Source: an uncultured Chloroflexia bacterium (lineage in GTDB: Bacteria > Chloroflexota > Anaerolineae > Anaerolineales > UBA4823). From it: DNA of 64,000 bases. Below, one piece after another: positions 8,913 to 16,329 of this stretch. Each line of letters begins with the position of its first letter. Positions within the stretch are counted from its first letter, which is position 1. The stretch lies in contig CAVPNY010000019.1 of assembly GCA_963706905.1 (NCBI GenBank), positions 27,458-91,457 of the forward strand. The letters are read 5' to 3'. The position numbers were made by a program, and so were the translations under genes. The notes beneath the pieces are model-generated. The model made no database searches. It was given only the letters and a program-made list of their open reading frames with translations, and was not told the origin of the DNA.

Positions 8913-9893
8913 ATGCAGTTGAATCCCTATAATGACCTGATGAACAGAAAATGCCTGGCGTACGATCATGGGAAAGCCAGAACATTCCGCAGGTGGATGC
9001 TCCTGGCTGGTTTCATCTCCATCACCTTCCTTTTTGCCTGCCAGGTGGTGCAGCCGGATGAGACCGTCCATCCCTCAGCGACACAACCTGCGGCGATTCC
9101 CACACTCACCTCCACCACTACCCAGGTCCCTACCTTAACCCCAACCCCATCGCGTACACCAACTCAACCTCCTTCCCAATCCCCGACCAGCTCTCCGACA
9201 GTAACGCTCACCTCCTCGCCTACCGTCACTCCCACTTATGCCATTCTGCGCGCCAAGGTGCTGGTGCGCGCCAACTGTCGCTACGGGCCTGGGTGGCCTT
9301 ATCTGTACAAATATGGGCTGGTGGTGGGGAGCAACTTCGAGGTGCTGGGACGCACCGATTCGGGTGCCTGGCTGCTGGTACAGGGCGTCGGAGATCACGA
9401 TAACGCCTGTTGGGTCAAGGCTGATCTAATGGATGTGAAGGGGGATGTGATGACCGTCCAGCCGACGTATATCCCGCTGCCCCAGTCCCCATATTATGTC
9501 CCTCCGACGGGTGTCACCGCCAGCCGGGACGGGGATAATGTGACTGTCTCCTGGAACGCTATCTCCTTCCGGGCCGGGGACGAGACCGCCTCGCCGCCTT
9601 ATCTGCTGGAGGCCTGGCTGTGCCAGGATGGGCAGTTGATTTTCACCCCGCTTGGGACTTATGAGACCATGGTGACGGTGGTGGATGAAGGCGGGCTGCG
9701 CAGAGCCTTCCCATGGGCGCGTGTTCGGCGTCGAGAAGCACGGCTACACCAACTGGGTCGAGGTGCCCTGGCCAGAGCACTAAACGTTCCCCCATCTGTA
9801 CGGGTTGACAATCCAGTCTCGCCCTCGGGTATGCCTAGGGATCAGACGGTTATTGTCGCCAGCCTGCGGCTTGCTAAACCGAATCTCGCCTGA
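8913..9893 (+). CDS. Membrane-anchored secreted protein with Thr/Pro-rich linker and SH3-like domain (probable frameshift near 9690-9697; likely true stop 9781-9783)
   Basis: TM helix (WMLLAGFISITFLFA), a TPT-rich linker and an SH3-like segment (VLVRANCRYGPGWPYLYKYGLVVGSNFEVLGRTDSGAWLLVQG...CWVKADL). After VVDEGG the tail becomes Arg-rich nonsense. The +1 frame instead reads CAEPSHGRVFGVEKHGYTNWVEVPWPEH-stop. Confidence 0.65.
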   Translation: MQLNPYNDLMNRKCLAYDHGKARTFRRWMLLAGFISITFLFACQVVQPDETVHPSATQPAAIPTLTSTTTQVPTLTPTPSRTPTQPPSQSPTSSPTVTLTSSPTVTPTYAILRAKVLVRANCRYGPGWPYLYKYGLVVGSNFEVLGRTDSGAWLLVQGVGDHDNACWVKADLMDVKGDVMTVQPTYIPLPQSPYYVPPTGVTASRDGDNVTVSWNAISFRAGDETASPPYLLEAWLCQDGQLIFTPLGTYETMVTVVDEGGLRRAFPWARVRRREARLHQLGRGALARALNVPPSVRVDNPVSPSGMPRDQTVIVASLRLAKPNLA

Positions 9894-9920
9894 AGTGCCT
9901 GAGTTTGCTTTACAGCTTGA

Positions 9921-10370
9921 CCTACTGCCCGCTCTGGGCTGATTGCTGGGCTGCCAGGGCGAAGCGCAGGATCTCGCGTCCCTGCTCTGCGGTCAGGCTG
10001 GGCGGTTCTCCCTTGAAATAGGCGTCAATGAAATGGCGCGTCGAGTGGATAAAGCTGTATTTCCAGTCGACTTCCATGTCGGAATATGTGATTACCTTTT
10101 GATCCTTGTACAATACCACCGGGGGGATATCCATCATTTTTCCATGGCCGCGCGTGACCCAGATCACACCCTTGGTGCCGGTGATCTCAATGCGATCATC
10201 CTGGGCGTAGTATGTAAAATCGACGACCATCTCAGGGGTGTACACCACTTCCAGGCTTCCGAAGCGGTTGCCCGGAAATTTCCAGGAGATGATCGCTGGC
10301 GAATCGATACATAAGCTCATATCTCCAGGAAAGATGGGCGTCTGGCGATCCAGGCATGTACTTCTTCCGC
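9921..10370. repeat. Direct repeat copy A (~450 bp) of the 3' end of the oxidoreductase gene at 12467..13537
   Basis: Aligns with 12470-12928. I count 9 substitutions and one 1-nt indel (TCTGG-CGATCC versus TCTGGCCGATCC) over ~437 nt. Homology stops abruptly after CTTCTTCCGC (10370 / 12928). Confidence 0.9.
9922..10320 (-). pseudogene. Displaced 3' fragment of a Gfo/Idh/MocA-family oxidoreductase gene
   Basis: The 132-aa ORF is nearly identical to residues ~222-353 of the 356-aa protein at 12467..13537 (MSLCIDSPAIISWKFPGNRFGSLEVVYTPEMVVD...). It lacks the whole Rossmann N-terminus, and a 1-nt deletion upstream breaks the frame. Confidence 0.85.
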
Positions 10371-10634
10371 TTCACACTCATGGCAACCTCCAAGTCGATT
10401 ATAGATGCTCCTTAACTTGGTGTCCATTCTATGGGGTCTAGCCCAACCCTAAATGTGCTAAACTATTGTTTAGACAAATGATATGGGGGATACCCAGATC
10501 AATAGGAGGGATCGTGATTTATAAGACATTTCACCTGAAATTCAGTATCTGATTCTCGAAAGCCTACCTGACAGGGAGTTTGCAATCAAACAAGGGTCTA
10601 TTGAATCAATAGTTGAACTTAGGAGGATAATGCA

Positions 10635-11861
10635 ATGAATCGCAATAGACTGGTATCGCAAATGGTTTACTTGGCTGTGGTTGTGCTGCTTTCAGCATCA
10701 TGTGCCACATCCCAGTTGTCCCCTACCTCGGTGCCACCGACATCTACACCGATGCCACCAACTGCTACTTCAGTCCCACCGACTGATACACCAATACCCC
10801 CGACACCTACTCTTGCGCCACCTACGGTTACGCCAATCCCACCTACAGCGACCACTCGACCCACCAGCACTGCTGCTCCATCGGTAAACGACCCTCTTGG
10901 CGCAAACCCTTCACCTCGGGCGTATGTCTCATTGGCCTACGACTTCGAGTCAGGCCAAGTGATTATGGTCGGAGGACTGACCGGGGATCCCTATGATCCT
11001 ACTGGTTTATCCGGTGCGACATGGGCTTATGATATGGCAACGAACAATTGGAGCCAGATGAAGCCACCTAGCGGACCTGGAAGAAGCTCGGGGACCTTAG
11101 CTTACGACATCGATTCCGACCGGGTCATCTTGTTTGGATCTTATCCTGAAGGAAAAACTTGGGAAACATCGGACCTGAATGAAACCTGGGCATATGACTT
11201 CAATACAAATAACTGGACCAGGTTGGCGGATGGACCTGCCAAACATCTTGGTGCACGAATTGCCTATGACGCAGAGTCGGACAGGATTATTCTCTTTGGC
11301 GGATATCATGTGTCTGGATTGTTATACAATGACACTTGGGCTTATGATTTTAACTCGGATACCTGGACTAAGATGGAACCCGCAGTAAAACCTCCTGGTC
11401 GAAACTATCAGGGCATGACCTATGATGCCAAGGCTGACCGGGTGCTCACTTATGGCTCGATAACAGTTGAAGGAAAGCCCCTGGAAACATTATGGGCTTA
11501 TGATTTCAATTCCGACTCATGGCAGGAGCTGGTTCCCGGTGAGCAGTCATTTCCCGGCATGCGCGATTACACTGCTATGGTCTATGATGCTGAGTTAGAC
11601 CGGATGATCCTGTATGGCGGAAAAACTAAAGAACAAAGTAGCGGAGAGGTCTGGGTGTACGACTACAATACCAACACCTGGACAAAGTTGGAATCCAGCC
11701 CGAACCCTGGCAAACTGTATAAACATGGAATGGTGTATATTCCAACCATCGATCGATCTATTTTATTTGGCGGTGATGTTGGAGCATACAAGTTTTCAGA
11801 TGAAACATGGTCGTATGATCTCAACACCAATACCTGGACGAATATGACGTCGCAGCCCTAA
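10635..11861 (+). CDS. Kelch-repeat (beta-propeller) lipoprotein with Pro/Thr-rich linker
   Basis: Signal peptide plus lipobox (VVLLSASC), a PPT-rich linker, then ~7 repeats of the pattern D...(I/V)(I/V)(L/M)FGG......NDTWAYD...N.W... AGGAGG lies 8 nt upstream of the ATG. The region is visibly AT-richer than its flanks. Confidence 0.85.
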   Translation: MNRNRLVSQMVYLAVVVLLSASCATSQLSPTSVPPTSTPMPPTATSVPPTDTPIPPTPTLAPPTVTPIPPTATTRPTSTAAPSVNDPLGANPSPRAYVSLAYDFESGQVIMVGGLTGDPYDPTGLSGATWAYDMATNNWSQMKPPSGPGRSSGTLAYDIDSDRVILFGSYPEGKTWETSDLNETWAYDFNTNNWTRLADGPAKHLGARIAYDAESDRIILFGGYHVSGLLYNDTWAYDFNSDTWTKMEPAVKPPGRNYQGMTYDAKADRVLTYGSITVEGKPLETLWAYDFNSDSWQELVPGEQSFPGMRDYTAMVYDAELDRMILYGGKTKEQSSGEVWVYDYNTNTWTKLESSPNPGKLYKHGMVYIPTIDRSILFGGDVGAYKFSDETWSYDLNTNTWTNMTSQP

Positions 11862-12035
11862 AAGCCCATCCGACCGCATCCGCTAAAGGGAGCTTGTGTA
11901 GGTGACCTGCCGATCAGCCCAACTTGGCCAGATTTTTGCCGAGATCGAAGTCCTGTTAACGCAGCAATCCGAATAACCTGGCACCCTTTCAAACCAATGG
12001 TGCGCACCTCCATTAAGACGTTACCCCGGTTTACG

Positions 12036-12144
12036 GGCGAACAAGTTCGCCTTGGGTGTAAATCCATCAAAATTGGGGTTTACACCAGCCGAATCAGGGT
12101 TCACACCAGGGGATCACACCAGCCAATAGGGGGGATTACACCAG
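12036..12144. repeat. Iteron-like cluster: 16-nt palindrome plus five copies of T(T/C)ACACC(A/C)(G/A)
   Basis: GGCGAACAAGTTCGCC (12036-12051) is a palindrome. One inverted copy TGGGTGTAAA lies at 12053-12062. Direct copies TTACACCAG (12080), TCACACCAG (12101), TCACACCAG (12114) and TTACACCAG (12136) follow. The stretch is non-coding and sits inside the repeat-bracketed insert. Confidence 0.5.
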
Positions 12145-12466
12145 TCTTGTGCACCTTTATTGGTTCGTTTCTGGATTGGACTCGCCGGTCACCACTCCCA
12201 AATTCATGTAAATACCCTAGATCCTTTGCCGTCTGAAAGACCGTGGTGGCTCTTGATGATAATAAGTCGGGTGCGATTTGGGTGCAATTCGCACAGACAG
12301 ACAATACAAAGCACACCGAATGGACTCTGACCGCCCCCAGATATGCTGCACACCGTCCCTAACCTCCCCCACCTAGATGGGATAGACGATACAGACTCAC
12401 CCCAGATACACCTTCGGATCAGATGGTTGTAAGTTCGAATCTTGTCGGAGGGGGCCAGATAAGGTT

Positions 12467-13537
12467 TTACAACCTGACCGATTGTCCACTTTGGGCCGAT
12501 TGCTGGGCCGCCAGGGCAAAGCGCAGGATCTCGCGTCCCTGCTCTGCGGTCAGGCTGGGCGGTTCTCCCTTGAAATAGGCGTCAATGAAATGGCGCGTCG
12601 AGTGTATAAAGCTGTATTTCCAGTCAACTTCCATGTCGGAATATGTGATTACCTTTTGATCCTTGTACAGGACCACCGGGGGGATATCCATCATTTTTCC
12701 ATGGCCGCGCGTGACCCAGATCACACCCTTGGTGCCGGTGATCTCAATGCGATCATCCTGGGCGTAGTATGTAGAATCGACGACCATCTCAGGGGTGTAC
12801 ACCACTTCCAGGCTTCCGAAGCGGTTGCCCGGAAATTTCCAGGAGATGATCGCTGGCGAATCGATACATAAGCTCATATCTCCAGGAAAGATGGGCGTCT
12901 GGCCGATCCAGGCATGTACTTCTTCCGCCATGCCCATGAAGAACCAGCCCAATGAAAACTTGTGGTGGCCGTCGTCAAAGACCAGGGGACCCCCACCGCA
13001 TGATTTTGGATCAAAACGCCAGGCCCAGGCGGATAGCGGAACGGGCCAGGAATTCGGGCTTGAGGCAGCATTGCTCTTGATGCGGATGGAGAGCGGCGTG
13101 CCGATCTCACCGGCATCAATCAGGCTTTTGGCGCGTACGACTGGCGGGTAAAAAATAAAGTTCTCGAAGACTTTGAAAATGACCCCGGCCTGTTGCGCAG
13201 CGGCGATCATCTCATCGGCTTCATTCACTGAAAGCGCCATGGGCTTTTGCAGGGAAATATGCTTGCCAGCCGCGGCTGCGTCCAGGGTCGCCCGGTAGTG
13301 CAGGTGGTGCGGCAGCAAAATCTCCACCAGGTCCAGGTCTTTAAGCGCCAGCATCTCATGATAATCGGTAAATACCCGCTCTTCGGGCACTCCCCAGGCT
13401 GAGGCGCGGGAACGCGCCATGTCAGCATCCAGATCACACACGGCTACAAGCTCAGCCCGCTCATTTTGCAGGTATTCGATGGCATGCAAATCAGAGATTC
13501 GCCCGGTACCGATGATGCCGACGCGCAGTCTATCCAT
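12467..13537 (-). CDS. Gfo/Idh/MocA family NAD(P)-dependent oxidoreductase
   Basis: N-terminal Rossmann motif RVGIIGTGRISDLHA and the EKP-like motif SLQKPMALS. Length of 356 aa is typical for the family. Confidence 0.9.
   Translation of the reverse strand: MDRLRVGIIGTGRISDLHAIEYLQNERAELVAVCDLDADMARSRASAWGVPEERVFTDYHEMLALKDLDLVEILLPHHLHYRATLDAAAAGKHISLQKPMALSVNEADEMIAAAQQAGVIFKVFENFIFYPPVVRAKSLIDAGEIGTPLSIRIKSNAASSPNSWPVPLSAWAWRFDPKSCGGGPLVFDDGHHKFSLGWFFMGMAEEVHAWIGQTPIFPGDMSLCIDSPAIISWKFPGNRFGSLEVVYTPEMVVDSTYYAQDDRIEITGTKGVIWVTRGHGKMMDIPPVVLYKDQKVITYSDMEVDWKYSFIHSTRHFIDAYFKGEPPSLTAEQGREILRFALAAQQSAQSGQSVRL
12470..12928. repeat. Direct repeat copy B (3' end of the intact oxidoreductase gene)
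   Basis: Partner of 9921-10370; see that entry. Confidence 0.9.
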
Positions 13538-13701
13538 AGAAGAACCTCCTGCCTGTATTGTGTAAGGATGGAACGGATTACATCTGCTGTTTGAAGCTCA
13601 GGCGGGATGAGAGCGCCATACCAATATCCTGAACGACTTGTGCCATGTTGTAAAATGATCTGAACCAACCCTTTTGTTCGAATATTGCATCATTTTAATT
13701 T

Positions 13702-16329
13702 CTAAGGTGGAGGCGGACACTGTTGAAGATGTAAATACTTCTTGCATTCTTCTATTGTCAAAGTACGAGTCAAACGAGAGATGGTCATGTCGACAATTTC
13801 GTTTACCTGCAATGTGTAGATGCGGAAGGTCATATCCGTGCCGGCTGTGATTAGGTGTTTCCCGTCGGGGCTGAAGGAGGCACCGATAACCGCGCCGGTG
13901 TGGCCGGTCAATGTCAATAGCTCCTCGCCTGTCGATACATTCCATATTTTCGCTGTCCCATCATTGCTGGTTGTCGCCAGCCGTGTGCCATCTTGACTAA
14001 AAGATATCATATTAACCGTTGCCATGTGACCTGAGAGGATATTCAGCAGCTTGCCAGAGTCGCTATCCCACACCCTGGTCACTCCATCATAGCTGCCTGT
14101 GATCAGGCGCCTCCCGTCTGGAGCAAAGGAAACTGCTACGTCCCCCATTACATTCTGTAACTCATGACCAGTTAAAGCATCCCACACTTTCGTACTGCCA
14201 TCCTCGCTGGTAGTCGCCAGGCGCTTGCCATCTGGACTGAAAGCTACCTCGTTGACAGGGCCTTTCAGATCCGACAATTCGAGCAGTTCCTGACCTGTAT
14301 TTGCATCCCATACCCTGGCAGTCATGTCAGCACCTCCAGTGGCCAGGCGCTTTCCATCTGGGCTGAACACAAGTGTATAAATCGTATCATGGTGTCCTGA
14401 CATAGTTGCCAGTTTATGTCCGGTCTTTATATCCCAAACCAGCGCCGTTGTTCCCAGGGCAGTCGCCAAGCGGGTATTGTCCGGACTCAAGGCAATCCAA
14501 AGAATCGAGCCGGTAATGGGCAGGGAGGTCGTGAGCAGCTCCTGAGAGGTGGAACTGCTTCGAATTTTAACCACACCATCTTCGCTGATCGTAGCCAGGA
14601 GGGTTCGGTCAGGGCTAAAATTTCCAGCGGTGACCATAGCCGAATGGTCGAAGAAAAATGTCAACACCTCTCGGCTACCGGTTGGAGTAATATCCCAGAA
14701 CGTAACTGTACCATCCCGGTTAGCAGTAGCTACGCGCATTCCGTCCGGGCTGACGGCTAGATGGTTAATCGGTCCATGCCCGGTAAGAGAGAATAGCTCT
14801 TGCCCGGTGGAGGTGTCCCATACTTTAGCAGTTCCATCCTGGCTGCCTGTAATCAGGAAGGCGCCGTCGGGCGTGAAGGCCAGGCCGGGCACTCCCCGCC
14901 GGTGACCAGCCAAAGTCAAGATTGCCTGGGTAGGCGCTTCATCCGATGAAACATCCCACAAGGTGACCAATGCATCGCCCCCAACCGCCAGGTTCTTTCC
15001 ATCCGGGCTAAAAGCCAGGCCCCAGACGGCAAGATCATCGGCGGACCAGGCAAAGAGTTCGTCGCCGGTGGCTGCCTCCCACATTTTAACCGTGCCATCA
15101 TCGCCACCCGTTGCCAGGCGTTTCCCGTCTGCAGTGAAAGCCACCTGCCGGACAGCCGGATGTACCAGAGTAAATACTTCTGCTGCCTGTAGCCTCGCCG
15201 CTGAACGATTGAGATTCCACAGGCTGATTATCCCATCCGCGCTGGTCAGCGCCAGCTGCTTTCCATCAGGTCTGAAAGCCAGGCTGTATATCGCATGAGG
15301 CCGATTGATATTGGCTAGTTCCTTTCCGGTTTGTGCATCCCATAGTCTGGCGGTTGAATCTTCGCTAGCAGTAGCCAGTGTCTTACCATCTGGGCTGAAA
15401 GCGATATCATCTACCCAACCAGAATGACCCTGCAGCGATAACAACTCCTGACCAGTTTGTGCGTCCCACACTTTGGTTGTTTGATCAAAGCCTGCGGTAG
15501 CCAGTCGCTTTCCGTCAGGGCTAAAATCCAAGCTCCACACATCGCCTATATGCCCGGTAAGGTTAAATTGGGCACGTAGAGCCTGCACCGCTTGGTGAAG
15601 GGCGTTTTCTGCTTGCGGGGTATTGGCTTCTGAGACTGCATAAATAGCAAGCCAAGCGCTTAACTCAGGATCCGATTCCAGGTTATTGAGCGCAGCAGTC
15701 GCCCATTCACGCGAGGCGGCAAGGCGGGCTCTTTCTTGGGCTTGTTGACCGAGGGCCAGCGCGACTACCGCCATTAGCCCTGCAAAGATCAAAGCTAACG
15801 CTAGAAATACTGATCGATGGCGCATAAGCCGCACCAGCCTGACCTGCTCCTCAGCCCGCTGCCTTTCAACCTCGGCCAGTTTTTGAGCCGCCACAAGCTC
15901 ACGTTGCTGCTGTGCTTCACGTTCGGCAATTTCCTGCTCAGCATGGGATTTGGAAGCCTCAAGAAACTCTCGCTCTATGACATTCAGGTCGGTTGGGTGG
16001 GTTTTTGCCCATTCCAGCGCCTGAGCAAGCCGCAAACCACCATACAACACCTCGATATTGTGCCCCAGTCGTTCCCATTCCTGTGCGGATTCCGTAATGC
16101 GGCGATGTAGGCGTAAGCTCTGGCGATCTTCATCTAACCATTCGCGCAATGCAGGCCATTCGCGGATTAGCGCTTCGTGCGCAACTTCGACGGTTCCCTC
16201 AGCCGCTATGACCAAGCGCGCGTCGATTAGCATCTTTAGCACAGCCATGATAGCTGAACTCTTGCTCGGGAAAGGAGTACAACTCCGAAATGACAACCCG
16301 TCGGCGGGTATCTTGCGTGCCCTCACCAA
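13702..16329 (-). CDS. C-terminal part of the SARP-NTPase-WD40 protein: conserved helical block, coiled coil, one TM helix, 14 WD40 repeats (continues ORF 16199..18220 after a frameshift)
   Basis: VAHEALIREWPALREWLDEDR block, TM helix SVFLALALIFAGLMAVVALALG, then 14 units of the type (F/S)SPDGK.LAT...D.T.(K/R)(V/L)WD. The first ~27 codons of the ORF are out-of-frame read-through of the upstream fragment. Confidence 0.85.
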   Translation of the reverse strand: MVRARKIPADGLSFRSCTPFPSKSSAIMAVLKMLIDARLVIAAEGTVEVAHEALIREWPALREWLDEDRQSLRLHRRITESAQEWERLGHNIEVLYGGLRLAQALEWAKTHPTDLNVIEREFLEASKSHAEQEIAEREAQQQRELVAAQKLAEVERQRAEEQVRLVRLMRHRSVFLALALIFAGLMAVVALALGQQAQERARLAASREWATAALNNLESDPELSAWLAIYAVSEANTPQAENALHQAVQALRAQFNLTGHIGDVWSLDFSPDGKRLATAGFDQTTKVWDAQTGQELLSLQGHSGWVDDIAFSPDGKTLATASEDSTARLWDAQTGKELANINRPHAIYSLAFRPDGKQLALTSADGIISLWNLNRSAARLQAAEVFTLVHPAVRQVAFTADGKRLATGGDDGTVKMWEAATGDELFAWSADDLAVWGLAFSPDGKNLAVGGDALVTLWDVSSDEAPTQAILTLAGHRRGVPGLAFTPDGAFLITGSQDGTAKVWDTSTGQELFSLTGHGPINHLAVSPDGMRVATANRDGTVTFWDITPTGSREVLTFFFDHSAMVTAGNFSPDRTLLATISEDGVVKIRSSSTSQELLTTSLPITGSILWIALSPDNTRLATALGTTALVWDIKTGHKLATMSGHHDTIYTLVFSPDGKRLATGGADMTARVWDANTGQELLELSDLKGPVNEVAFSPDGKRLATTSEDGSTKVWDALTGHELQNVMGDVAVSFAPDGRRLITGSYDGVTRVWDSDSGKLLNILSGHMATVNMISFSQDGTRLATTSNDGTAKIWNVSTGEELLTLTGHTGAVIGASFSPDGKHLITAGTDMTFRIYTLQVNEIVDMTISRLTRTLTIEECKKYLHLQQCPPPP

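Noticed and set aside
12431-12455. tRNA gene (GTTCGAATC T-loop-like sequence followed by an acceptor-like strand and CCA)
   Set aside because: I could not find a complementary 5' acceptor strand, D arm or anticodon arm in the ~80 nt upstream, and the T-stem pairs poorly. At most it is a 3' fragment or att remnant. It is mentioned only as such in a finding.
10371-12469. The repeat-bracketed insert as a complete mobile element (IS, MITE or integrative element)
   Set aside because: No transposase or integrase gene is present. There are no terminal inverted repeats. The ~450-bp flanking repeats are far too long for a target-site duplication. It is reported only as a probable remnant or rearrangement.
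16199-16329. Programmed ribosomal frameshifting at the junction of the two SARP-NTPase-WD40 ORFs (and at the other ORF junctions)
   Set aside because: There is no slippery heptamer or downstream structure. Similar +/-1 breaks occur at about twenty unrelated sites, including housekeeping genes. Consensus error or simple mutation is the more economical explanation.
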